A model generated the notes under the pieces. That model did not search any database. It saw only the letters and a program-made list of their open reading frames with translations, and was not told the DNA's origin. From the NCBI RefSeq assembly GCF_000009045.1, contig NC_000964.3:3120001-3152000 (forward strand): DNA of 32,000 nt, read 5' to 3'. This DNA is from Bacillus subtilis subsp. subtilis str. 168 (GTDB lineage Bacteria; Bacillota; Bacilli; Bacillales; Bacillaceae). The position numbers and the translations under genes are program-made. Shown here piece after piece: positions 1 to 11,445 of this stretch (position 1 is the first letter of the stretch; every line of letters begins with the position of its first letter).

Positions 1-1
1 G

Positions 2-2641
<2,640 letters not shown>

Positions 2642-2661
2642 CACATGCACCCCCTACTAGT

Positions 2662-3441
2662 TCAAATATATTGATCAGTAAACGCTCTTGCTGCTTTAAA
2701 AACATCTTCTCTCTCGGGTTCATTGAAGATCTCATGGTAAAGCCCTTCCCACTCTCTGTATGCTTTATTATGAGAAGCAACACCATTAAACCACTTGATG
2801 ACCATCGTTTTGTCAACAAGCTTGTCATCACCGGCTTGCATCACAAGAAGCGGAACTTTCAAAAATGCCTCTGTCGGCACCATTGCCGATTCAATTGTCT
2901 TTAAAAGCTCTCTGTACCATCTGACAGAAACTTTCCTGACGTATAACGAATCATTTTGGTCAGCTTCGATGACGTCCTCATTGCGCGTCGCCATATCAAT
3001 TGATAATCCCGAATCAACCTTAAGTGACGGAGCGATGACATTCAGGCCTTTTGATGCAAGATCAAGCGCTTTATTCACTTTAATTTGCAGTCCGAGACAC
3101 GGTGATGATAAAATAATTCCCGTAATCCGGGGATTTCTTTGCTGTTTAACCCATTCAATCGCGACCAGACCGCCCATGCTGTGACCTAGAAGAAAAACCG
3201 GAAGATCAAAGGTTCGCGCTTTATCTATCCAAGCATCTACTTCATCAATGTATTCTTGAAACGAGCGAATATGCCCTCTCGCTCTTGTCGTTGTTCCCTG
3301 TCCAGGCAAATCGCCCATGACAACGTGATAACCCGAAGACCGCCACATTTCAATCAGCCATTTATATCGTCCGTGATATTCACTTGCCCCGTGAATGATT
3401 ACAATCACGGCAACAGGTCTGTCTGCTTTCCAGGTCCACAT
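2662..3441 (-). CDS. ytpA: Alpha/beta-hydrolase, lysophospholipase-like (bacilysocin-associated YtpA)
   Basis: Nucleophile elbow GHSMGG and an HG oxyanion motif (IIHGASEYHG). ATG at 3441 is preceded by GAGGTGA at a 5-nt spacing. The track start (GTG 3450) lies inside that SD. Product is 259 aa. Confidence 0.88.
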   Translation of the reverse strand: MWTWKADRPVAVIVIIHGASEYHGRYKWLIEMWRSSGYHVVMGDLPGQGTTTRARGHIRSFQEYIDEVDAWIDKARTFDLPVFLLGHSMGGLVAIEWVKQQRNPRITGIILSSPCLGLQIKVNKALDLASKGLNVIAPSLKVDSGLSIDMATRNEDVIEADQNDSLYVRKVSVRWYRELLKTIESAMVPTEAFLKVPLLVMQAGDDKLVDKTMVIKWFNGVASHNKAYREWEGLYHEIFNEPEREDVFKAARAFTDQYI

Positions 3442-3489
3442 GATCTTCACCTCATACGAAATTTAAATAGAGAAAGAAGGATGAATCTT

Positions 3490-4005
3490 ATGATCTACCC
3501 TTATAAGGAACACAAGCCAGATATCCACCCAACAGCCTTTATAGCTGATAATGCAACAATTACCGGTGATGTCGTGATCGGAGAACAGTCCAGCATTTGG
3601 TTTTCTGTTGTCATAAGGGGAGATGTTGCGCCGACCAGAATCGGAAACAGAGTCAATATCCAAGATTTAAGCTGCCTCCATCAAAGCCCGAACAAGACGC
3701 TACTCATTGAAGATGACGCCACGATAGGCCATCAGGTTACACTTCATAGCGCTGTTATCCGCAAGAACGCCTTAATCGGGATGGGCTCAATCATTTTAGA
3801 CGGAGCCGAAATTGGCGAAGGCGCTTTTATTGGTGCCGGCAGTCTTGTCCCGCCCGGAAAAATCATTCCGCCTGGCCATCTCGCCTTTGGCCGCCCTGCA
3901 AAAGTCATCCGCCCTTTGACGGAAGAAGACCGAAAAGATATGCAAAGAATACGGTCAGAATATGTAGAAAAGGGCCAATATTATAAATTTCTTCAACAAA
4001 CATAA
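3490..4005 (+). CDS. ytoA: Left-handed beta-helix (hexapeptide repeat) protein, gamma-carbonic-anhydrase/PaaY-like
   Basis: Hexapeptide repeats are visible (ITGDVVIGEQSSIWFSVVIRGDV...). The track ORF starts at 3256 inside antisense ytpA. ATG 3490 (MIYPYKEH, 171 aa) follows GAAAGAAGGA. Confidence 0.85.
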   Translation: MIYPYKEHKPDIHPTAFIADNATITGDVVIGEQSSIWFSVVIRGDVAPTRIGNRVNIQDLSCLHQSPNKTLLIEDDATIGHQVTLHSAVIRKNALIGMGSIILDGAEIGEGAFIGAGSLVPPGKIIPPGHLAFGRPAKVIRPLTEEDRKDMQRIRSEYVEKGQYYKFLQQT

Positions 4006-4221
4006 GACCTGCTTCGTCTTACTTTACCATTTTTCAAATTATATTTGAAAGCAATAACCATCGTTAACCCGGACGTCATACAGTTCGGGTTTCGATTTTT
4101 CCATAAAACGTTCACATATAGCATGAAACGTATGACTTTTATCTTATCACAAAACTATAAACAGCCTCTGCAAAAACACATACCTATTCTTTCCTGTTCT
4201 CTATTTTCTATGAGCACACAC

Positions 4222-4248
4222 AAAAAGAGCCCACTGGGAGCTCTTTTT
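4222..4248. terminator. Bidirectional intrinsic terminator (ytoA / ytnA)
   Basis: AAAAAGAGCCC-ACT-GGGAGCTCTTTTT forms a GC stem with one bulge, flanked by A5 and T5. It ends 1 nt from the ytnA stop codon. Confidence 0.7.
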
Positions 4249-4249
4249 G

Positions 4250-5641
4250 TCAGCTGATATTTCGTTCGCTGGCAGCAGCCGCATTTTTTTTATGAAACCC
4301 TTTTCCATAGTACACAGCCAGCAAGATGAGAAACCATATCGGCCCGATAATCACGGCTACTCTTGTATCAGGGCTGTAAGCCATAAGAATGACGACGAAT
4401 GCTAGAAATGCCAATGACACATAAGACGTAAACGGAAATAAAGGCATTTTGTACTTTAATTGTTTCTTTTCTTCCGGCTTCAAACTTTTCCTGTATTTTA
4501 TTTGAGAAAGCAAAATGATTGCCCACGTCCAAATCGCTCCGAACGTCGCAATACTTGTAACCCAAGTAAATACCTTCGCAGGGACAACATAGTTTAACAG
4601 CACTCCGACTAATAAAGCGCCCGCTGAAGCCAGAACAGCTTTACCCGGGATGCCGCCTTTCGTCAGCTGACCATATGCTTGTGGCGCCTCTTTCTGTTCC
4701 GCCAAGTTAAACAGCATCCGCCCTGTGCTGAAAATACCACTGTTGCATGAAGACAGCGCGGCTGTCAACACGACAAAGTTAATGATACCTGCGGCCGATG
4801 GAATGCCCACTTTTTGAAATGTGAGAACAAATGGACTTCCTTGAGAGCCAATTTCCTGCCACGGATAAATAGACATAATGACAAATAAAGCGCCTACATA
4901 AAAAATCAAAATCCGCCAAAATACTGTATCGATTGCTTTGGCTAACGATTTTTGCGGGTTTTTTACTTCGCCAGCCGTCACCCCGATCATTTCAATCCCT
5001 AAATAGGCGAACATGACCATTTGAAGAGACAATAAAACCCCTTTTAATCCATGAGGGAAAAATCCTCCGTTGTTCCACAAATTGCTGATTCCGGTTGCAA
5101 TGCCCCCATTGCCGACTCCTGCAATAATCATCAATAAACCGACAGCAATCATGGATAAGATTGCAACAATTTTAATCAATGCGAACCAAAATTCCAGCTC
5201 GCCGTAAGCTTTGACAGCCAGGAAATTAACACCCGTCATAATGACCAGTGCCGATAACGCCCAAATCCAGTTTGGCACGTCCGGAAACCAGAACCCCATA
5301 TAGATGCCGACAGCAGTGATTTCGGCCATACAGGTGACAACCCATAAAAACCAGTAGTTCCAACCTGTTAAATAGCCTGCAAGCGGTCCCAAATAATCAC
5401 GCGCATACCTGCTGAAGGAGCCTGCGACCGGTTTTTGAATGGCCATTTCCCCAAGCGCTCTCATAATAAAAAACATGACCAGGCCGCTTGCGGCATACGC
5501 TACCAAAATACCAGGCCCTGCTAATTGAATAGCTGATGCGGAGCCGAGGAACAACCCTACTCCTATAGCAGCTCCTAAAGACATTAAAGAAATATGCCTT
5601 TCTTCGAGTCCGCGGTGCAGCTCTTGTTTTTGTTTTTGCAT
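4250..5641 (-). CDS. ytnA: APC-family amino acid permease (AroP/ProY-like)
   Basis: Track ORF of 463 aa with about 12 hydrophobic segments and an N-terminal 'RHISLMSLGAAIGVGLFLGS' permease signature. SD AGGGGAGAAG lies upstream. Confidence 0.9.
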   Translation of the reverse strand: MQKQKQELHRGLEERHISLMSLGAAIGVGLFLGSASAIQLAGPGILVAYAASGLVMFFIMRALGEMAIQKPVAGSFSRYARDYLGPLAGYLTGWNYWFLWVVTCMAEITAVGIYMGFWFPDVPNWIWALSALVIMTGVNFLAVKAYGELEFWFALIKIVAILSMIAVGLLMIIAGVGNGGIATGISNLWNNGGFFPHGLKGVLLSLQMVMFAYLGIEMIGVTAGEVKNPQKSLAKAIDTVFWRILIFYVGALFVIMSIYPWQEIGSQGSPFVLTFQKVGIPSAAGIINFVVLTAALSSCNSGIFSTGRMLFNLAEQKEAPQAYGQLTKGGIPGKAVLASAGALLVGVLLNYVVPAKVFTWVTSIATFGAIWTWAIILLSQIKYRKSLKPEEKKQLKYKMPLFPFTSYVSLAFLAFVVILMAYSPDTRVAVIIGPIWFLILLAVYYGKGFHKKNAAAASERNIS

Positions 5642-5668
5642 GCTTCTTCTCCCCTAGAAAAAAATATC

Positions 5669-5677
5669 ATTATATCA
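5669..5677 (-). promoter_or_regulatory. Candidate extended -10 promoter for ytnA (TGaTATAAT)
   Basis: The minus strand reads AAAATGATATAATGA about 28 nt upstream of the ytnA ATG. No good -35 is present. Confidence 0.4.
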
Positions 5678-5737
5678 TTTTTCTGAATATTCCGTACGGA
5701 TTGGGTAAATCAATGATGATGGAGAAATAAAAGGATA

Positions 5738-5773
5738 ACAACAAGGCTTTCGACTACTCGAAAGCCTTGTTGT
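5738..5773 (-). terminator. Intrinsic terminator downstream of asnB
   Basis: A 15-bp perfect stem (ACAACAAGGCTTTCG / CGAAAGCCTTGTTGT) with a 6-nt loop sits 4 nt after the asnB stop. The U-tract is interrupted (UAUCCUUUUAUUU). Confidence 0.6.
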
Positions 5774-5776
5774 CTG

Positions 5777-7675
5777 TTACACAAAGATGACTTCTTTAGG
5801 CTGATGGCTCAGCTCTTCAGGCATATACCGTTTTTCAATATTGATGCTGTGCCAGATCATAAAGATTAGCACAGTCCAAATTTTACGGCTGTTATCAGCC
5901 TTGTCCGCACAATGGTCTTCAAGAAGCTGAAGGACATAATCCTTATGGATATAAGCATCCGTTTGGCTTTCTTGAATAATATTCCGCACCCATTCGTTCA
6001 TTTCGTTTTTCAGCCAATGACGGATCGGTACAGGGAAACCAAGCTTTTTGCGGTTTAATACGTGCTCAGGCACAATTCCTTCAGCGGCTTTGCGAAGAAG
6101 ATACTTCGTCGTGCCGTTCTTCGTTTTCAGCTCATCAGGAATTTTTGAAGCGACGTCGAATACGACTTTATCCAAGAACGGCACACGCAGTTCCAAAGAA
6201 TTCGCCATCGTCATTTTATCCGCCTTTAACAAAATGTCGCCGCGCATCCAAGTGTGGATATCGACATACTGCATTTTGTTGATATCGCTGTACGAGCTGC
6301 TTTCTGTAAAGTAAGTCTTCGTCACATCGCGATATGAAAGGTTCGGATTATAATGCTTCAACAGCTGCTTTTTGACAGACTCTTCAAAGATTTTCGCGTT
6401 ACCGATATAACGATCCTGAAGCGGAGTGCAGCCGCGCTCAAGCAGGCTCTTCCCTCTCATACCTTCAGGCATAACGGCAGCAACGTGCAGAAGCATCTTT
6501 TTCAAGCCGGACGGAATCCGTTCAAACGGTTTAAGCGAAAGCGGTTCACGGTAAATGTTATATCCGCCGAAGAGCTCATCCGCTCCTTCACCTGATAAAG
6601 CAACCGTAACATGTTTTTTTGCTTCTTTTGCAACAAAGTACAACGGAATCGCTGCCGGATCAGCAAGCGGGTCATCAAAATGCCATACGATCTTCGGAAG
6701 CTCATTCATGTATTCCTCAGGCGAAATGACTTTGCTGATATTTTCAATGCCCAGCGCCGCTGCCGTTTCTTTCGCTACATCAACCTCACTGAAGCCCTGC
6801 TGTTCAAAGCCGACAGAGAATGTTTTTAAGCTTGGATGAAATTCCTTCGCAACAGACACAATAAAGGAAGAATCAATCCCGCCAGACAGGAACGAACCGA
6901 CAGGAACGTCACTTCTCATATGAACGTTTACAGAGTCATAGATCGCGTCTCGGACTTCTTTCACAAGCTTGTCTTCTTCAGTCTGAACCGGCTTGAAGTT
7001 CGCTTTGAAATACGTTTTGAATGTGATATCGCCGTCCGGGCGGATTGTGAATTGTGAACCCGGCTCTACTTTTTTCACATGGGCATCAAGCGTGCTTGGT
7101 TCAGGAACAAATTGGAAAGACATGTACTGCTGCAATGCCTCTTTATCTATTTCAATATCATTCTGAGCAACCATTAAACTTTTTCTCTCTGAGGCAAAAT
7201 AAACCTGATCATTGATCGTTGTGTAGTACAACGGTTTAATGCCGAATGGATCTCTTGCCCCATAAAGCACATGATCGTTTTTATTCCAAATCAGAAAGGC
7301 AAACATACCGCGCAGTTTGGACGCCGCTTCTTCTTTATAGTGACGGTAAGTCGCAAGAAGAACCTCTGTGTCCGAATCCGTGTTGAATGTGTACCCCTTT
7401 GCTTCAAGTTCTTCTCTCAGTTCGATATAGTTATAGATTTCTCCGTTAAAGATAATCCAATATGTTTCATCTTCATATGATAAAGGCTGTCCACCATTTT
7501 CTACATCAATAATGCTGAGCCGTCTGAATCCGAAGCCGACGTGCTCATCATGGAAATATCCATCACTGTCAGGACCGCGGTGAACGATCATTTGGTTCAT
7601 TTGTTTGATTAGTTCTTCTTGATCAGCGGTTTGAGCTAACGGATGCTTGTTAAAAACCCCGACAAATCCACACAT
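5777..7675 (-). CDS. asnB: Asparagine synthetase (glutamine-hydrolysing)
   Basis: Track ORF of 632 aa. It has an N-terminal MCG Ntn-amidotransferase nucleophile and an SGGIDSS PP-loop. Recognised as AsnB. Confidence 0.95.
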   Translation of the reverse strand: MCGFVGVFNKHPLAQTADQEELIKQMNQMIVHRGPDSDGYFHDEHVGFGFRRLSIIDVENGGQPLSYEDETYWIIFNGEIYNYIELREELEAKGYTFNTDSDTEVLLATYRHYKEEAASKLRGMFAFLIWNKNDHVLYGARDPFGIKPLYYTTINDQVYFASERKSLMVAQNDIEIDKEALQQYMSFQFVPEPSTLDAHVKKVEPGSQFTIRPDGDITFKTYFKANFKPVQTEEDKLVKEVRDAIYDSVNVHMRSDVPVGSFLSGGIDSSFIVSVAKEFHPSLKTFSVGFEQQGFSEVDVAKETAAALGIENISKVISPEEYMNELPKIVWHFDDPLADPAAIPLYFVAKEAKKHVTVALSGEGADELFGGYNIYREPLSLKPFERIPSGLKKMLLHVAAVMPEGMRGKSLLERGCTPLQDRYIGNAKIFEESVKKQLLKHYNPNLSYRDVTKTYFTESSSYSDINKMQYVDIHTWMRGDILLKADKMTMANSLELRVPFLDKVVFDVASKIPDELKTKNGTTKYLLRKAAEGIVPEHVLNRKKLGFPVPIRHWLKNEMNEWVRNIIQESQTDAYIHKDYVLQLLEDHCADKADNSRKIWTVLIFMIWHSINIEKRYMPEELSHQPKEVIFV

Positions 7676-7784
7676 AGTATTGCCTCCATAATTAAAATTG
7701 TCATCATTGAACCCCTATTTATAGACGCTGTGAATAGTATTTGGTTTCACAGTTATGTAAAAAAATAAACATGAATACAACGAT

Positions 7785-7820
7785 AAAAAAGGGAAAGCCG
7801 CTTAACCAGTAAGCGGCTAT
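7785..7820 (-). terminator. Intrinsic terminator downstream of metK
   Basis: AGCCGCTTA-ctggt-TAAGCGGCT forms a 9-bp stem, followed on the minus strand by TTCCCTTTTTT. Confidence 0.6.
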
Positions 7821-7824
7821 AAAA

Positions 7825-9027
7825 TTATTCTCCTAACGCTTCTTTACGCAGCTGCTCCGCTTTGTCTGTGCGCTCCCATGGAAGGTCAACATCGTGACGT
7901 CCAAAGTGGCCGTACGCAGCAGTTTGTTTATAGATCGGACGGCGCAAATCAAGCATTTTGATAATGCCGGCAGGTCGTAAATCAAAGTTATTGCGAACAA
8001 CTTCAATCAGTTTTTCCTCAGAAGCTTTTCCTGAACCGAATGTGTTGATTGAGATTGACACAGGCTGTGCAACACCGATCGCGTAAGCAAGCTGTACTTC
8101 GCAAGAATCAGCAAGCTCAGCCGCAACGATGTTTTTCGCAACGTATCTTGCCGCATAAGCTGCAGAACGGTCTACCTTCGTCGCGTCCTTACCTGAGAAC
8201 GCGCCTCCGCCGTGGCGTGCATAGCCGCCGTACGTATCAACGATGATTTTGCGTCCTGTAAGTCCCGCATCCCCTTGAGGGCCTCCGATTACGAAACGTC
8301 CTGTAGGGTTGATGAAATATTTTGTTTCTTCATCAATCAGCTCTTCAGGAACAACCGGATTGATTACATGTTCTTTAATGTTGCGCTGAATTTGCTCAAG
8401 TGTAATTTCAGGGTGATGCTGAGTTGAAATAACAATCGCGTCAATGCGGACTGGTTTGTTATTTTCATCGTACTCAACCGTTACCTGTGTTTTGCCGTCA
8501 GGGCGAAGGTACGGAAGAATATCTTCTTTACGGACTTCACTTAGGCGGCGGGCTAATTTATGGGCAAGTGAAATTGGAAGAGGCATAAGCTCTTTCGTTT
8601 CGTTGCACGCATAACCGAACATTAATCCTTGGTCACCCGCACCAATCGCTTCAATTTCTTCGTCGCTCATTGTGCCTTCACGGGCTTCAAGCGCTTGGTC
8701 TACGCCCATCGCGATATCAGCAGACTGCTCATCAATTGATGTTAAAACCGCACAAGTTTCCGCATCAAATCCGTATTTTGCACGTGTGTATCCGATTTCT
8801 TTAATGGTTTGGCGAACCGTTTTCGGAATGTCAACATACGTAGAAGTTGTGATCTCTCCGCTTACAAGAACCAAACCTGTTGTCACAGATGTTTCACAAG
8901 CAACACGCGCGTTAGGGTCTTTCTTTAAAATTTCATCTAAAATGCTGTCAGAAATCTGGTCACAGATTTTATCCGGATGCCCCTCCGTAACAGATTCTGA
9001 TGTAAATAAACGACGATTTTTACTCAT
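7825..9027 (-). CDS. metK: S-adenosylmethionine synthetase
   Basis: The track ORF is over-extended (425 aa). ATG 9027 ([20 protein letters not shown], 400 aa) is preceded by GCAGGAGGAAGC. MAT signatures GHPDK and GAGDQG are present. Confidence 0.95.
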   Translation of the reverse strand: MSKNRRLFTSESVTEGHPDKICDQISDSILDEILKKDPNARVACETSVTTGLVLVSGEITTSTYVDIPKTVRQTIKEIGYTRAKYGFDAETCAVLTSIDEQSADIAMGVDQALEAREGTMSDEEIEAIGAGDQGLMFGYACNETKELMPLPISLAHKLARRLSEVRKEDILPYLRPDGKTQVTVEYDENNKPVRIDAIVISTQHHPEITLEQIQRNIKEHVINPVVPEELIDEETKYFINPTGRFVIGGPQGDAGLTGRKIIVDTYGGYARHGGGAFSGKDATKVDRSAAYAARYVAKNIVAAELADSCEVQLAYAIGVAQPVSISINTFGSGKASEEKLIEVVRNNFDLRPAGIIKMLDLRRPIYKQTAAYGHFGRHDVDLPWERTDKAEQLRKEALGE

Positions 9028-9146
9028 GATTTGCTTCCTCCTGCACAAGGCCTCCCGAAAGACCTTGTATATATGATACGGAACTCGCTCCCTCTTATAC
9101 AATGTACAGTTATATTAGAGAATGTTAATTGGCATATTTATGAAAT

Positions 9147-9336
9147 AAAAAAACCTTTTCCATCGAGGAAAGGGTTTGGTCTTTGTGCCTTTCACTCTTA
9201 TCGCTCAAGGAATCATACAACCTTGCAACAGGTTAGCACCTTGGTTGTCTCACTCAGTTGAACATAATAAATAACAGAGAAACCGGTTGCTGGGCTTCAT
9301 AGGGCCTGTCCCTCCGCCAGCTCGGGATAAGAGTAT
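9147..9336 (-). promoter_or_regulatory. SAM-I (S-box) riboswitch with terminator expression platform in the metK leader
   Basis: The minus strand reads CTCTTATCCCGAGCTGGCGGAGGGACAGGCCCTATGAAGCCCAGCAACC...GGTGCTAACCTGTTGCAAGG...GCGATAAGAG. These are the conserved S-box P1, P2 kink-turn, P3 and P4 elements. The terminator AACCCTTTCC-tcgat-GGAAAAGGTT-T7 follows at 9147-9177. Confidence 0.9.
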
Positions 9337-9350
9337 CCGCTCAATGAAAT

Positions 9351-9380
9351 ATCTTATCGTAAAAGGGTTTGCAATGTCAA
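9351..9380 (-). promoter_or_regulatory. Candidate sigma-A promoter of metK (TTGACA-18-TAAGAT)
   Basis: The minus strand has TTGACA at 9380-9375, an 18-nt spacer and TAAGAT at 9356-9351. This places the start site about 10-15 nt before the S-box P1 helix. Confidence 0.5.
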
Positions 9381-9454
9381 TATGATTCAGAAGAAATAGG
9401 CACCTATATTGAGGGAAAACAATGGAAATGCACACACAAAAAACAATAAATAGT

Positions 9455-9483
9455 ATAGACTATTTGAAAATATATGTTATACT
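9455..9483 (+). promoter_or_regulatory. Candidate pckA promoter (extended -10 TGtTATACT) overlapping a CcpN-like operator
   Basis: TGTTATACT lies at 9475-9483, about 45 nt before the pckA ATG. TATGTTATACT (9473-9483) fits the CcpN motif TRTGHYATAYW as I remember it. The -35 is weak. Confidence 0.4.
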
Positions 9484-9529
9484 AATTCACAATTAGCAAA
9501 ACACAAAAAACGATAAAGGAAGGTTTCAT

Positions 9530-11113
9530 ATGAACTCAGTTGATTTGACCGCTGATTTACAAGCCTTATTAACATGTCCAAATGTGCGTCATAATTTATC
9601 AGCAGCACAGCTAACAGAAAAAGTCCTCTCCCGAAACGAAGGCATTTTAACATCCACAGGTGCTGTTCGCGCGACAACAGGCGCTTACACAGGACGCTCA
9701 CCTAAAGATAAATTCATCGTGGAGGAAGAAAGCACGAAAAATAAGATCGATTGGGGCCCGGTGAATCAGCCGATTTCAGAAGAAGCGTTTGAGCGGCTGT
9801 ACACGAAAGTTGTCAGCTATTTAAAGGAGCGAGATGAACTGTTTGTTTTCGAAGGATTTGCCGGAGCAGACGAGAAATACAGGCTGCCGATCACTGTCGT
9901 AAATGAGTTCGCATGGCACAATTTATTTGCGCGGCAGCTGTTTATCCGTCCGGAAGGAAATGATAAGAAAACAGTTGAGCAGCCGTTCACCATTCTTTCT
10001 GCTCCGCATTTCAAAGCGGATCCAAAAACAGACGGCACTCATTCCGAAACGTTTATTATTGTCTCTTTCGAAAAGCGGACAATTTTAATCGGCGGAACTG
10101 AGTATGCCGGTGAAATGAAGAAGTCCATTTTCTCCATTATGAATTTCCTGCTGCCTGAAAGAGATATTTTATCTATGCACTGCTCCGCCAATGTCGGTGA
10201 AAAAGGCGATGTCGCCCTTTTCTTCGGACTGTCAGGAACAGGAAAGACCACCCTGTCGGCAGATGCTGACCGCAAGCTGATCGGTGACGATGAACATGGC
10301 TGGTCTGATACAGGCGTCTTTAATATTGAAGGCGGATGCTACGCTAAGTGTATTCATTTAAGCGAGGAAAAGGAGCCGCAAATCTTTAACGCGATCCGCT
10401 TCGGGTCTGTTCTCGAAAATGTCGTTGTGGATGAAGATACACGCGAAGCCAATTATGATGATTCCTTCTATACTGAAAACACGCGGGCAGCTTACCCGAT
10501 TCATATGATTAATAACATCGTGACTCCAAGCATGGCCGGCCATCCGTCAGCCATTGTATTTTTGACGGCTGATGCCTTCGGAGTCCTGCCGCCGATCAGC
10601 AAACTAACGAAGGAGCAGGCGATGTACCATTTTTTGAGCGGTTACACGAGTAAGCTTGCCGGAACCGAACGTGGTGTCACGTCTCCTGAAACGACGTTTT
10701 CTACATGCTTCGGCTCACCGTTCCTGCCGCTTCCTGCTCACGTCTATGCTGAAATGCTCGGCAAAAAGATCGATGAACACGGCGCAGACGTTTTCTTAGT
10801 CAATACCGGATGGACCGGGGGCGGCTACGGCACAGGCGAACGAATGAAGCTTTCTTACACTAGAGCAATGGTCAAAGCAGCGATTGAAGGCAAATTAGAG
10901 GATGCTGAAATGATAACTGACGATATTTTCGGCCTGCACATTCCGGCCCATGTTCCTGGCGTTCCTGATCATATCCTTCAGCCTGAAAACACGTGGACCA
11001 ACAAGGAAGAATACAAAGAAAAAGCAGTCTACCTTGCAAATGAATTCAAAGAGAACTTTAAAAAGTTCGCACATACCGATGCCATCGCCCAGGCAGGCGG
11101 CCCTCTCGTATAA
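9530..11113 (+). CDS. pckA: Phosphoenolpyruvate carboxykinase (ATP)
   Basis: Track ORF of 527 aa with kinase-1a loop GLSGTGKTT and SD AAAGGAAGG. Recognised as PckA. Confidence 0.95.
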
Positions 11114-11155
11114 AAAACAAAAGCCAAGAGCAATTATGCTCTTGGCTTGTTTTAA
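11114..11155. terminator. Bidirectional intrinsic terminator (pckA / ytmB)
   Basis: AAGCCAAGAGC-aattat-GCTCTTGGCTT forms an 11-bp perfect stem, flanked by an A-rich run and TGTTTT. The ytmB stop codon abuts the 3' flank. Confidence 0.8.
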
Positions 11156-11394
11156 TTGACGGAATGCAAAGAAGTCAGCTTGTATGTAATGATGGTCCGG
11201 CCTTCTTCCCATTGAAGCTTCTGCACTTCAGCTGTGCCTGACTTTTCGCCAAACTTTGTTTTGCGTACATCCATTGGAATCTCCATCGGATATACTCGGT
11301 ATCCGTCCTTCTCTAACGTGAATATATTTTCATCTATGCGAACTTCTTTTCCTTTTGTCACAATCAGTGTATTAAATTCAACAGGCATTCCCAA
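11152..11394 (-). CDS. ytmB: Small conserved protein of unknown function (80 aa)
   Basis: Track ORF of 80 aa. SD GAAAGGGGA lies upstream (AACGAAAGGGGATTTCACTTTGGGAATG...). Recognised as YtmB. Confidence 0.75.
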   Translation of the reverse strand: MGMPVEFNTLIVTKGKEVRIDENIFTLEKDGYRVYPMEIPMDVRKTKFGEKSGTAEVQKLQWEEGRTIITYKLTSLHSVN

Positions 11395-11445
11395 AGTGAA
11401 ATCCCCTTTCGTTCTCTTTTTTCTTTATCATAACATATTTCACTG

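Noticed and set aside
3256-3489. N-terminal extensions in the ORF track: ytoA from 3256, metK from 9102, ytmA from 12312, ytlA from 12343, mntD from 23024, mntA from 25982, ythA from 19410
   Set aside because: The extensions lack SD sequences or overlap neighbouring genes or terminators. Downstream starts have canonical SD spacing and give the lengths I remember for the B. subtilis proteins.
4045-4257. 70-aa + strand ORF in the ytoA-ytnA gap
   Set aside because: It has no SD and an internal start context of 'TTTGAAAGC'. The frame runs through the bidirectional terminator hairpin and into the ytnA stop region.
8672-9076. 134-aa + strand ORF antisense to the metK 5' region (also 8049-8246 and 8212-8427)
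   Set aside because: These are shadow ORFs opposite a highly conserved gene. They have no SD and no recognisable motifs.
9250-9435. 61-aa minus-strand ORF upstream of metK
   Set aside because: It lies within the S-box riboswitch aptamer and promoter. The sequence is explained by conserved RNA structure, not coding.
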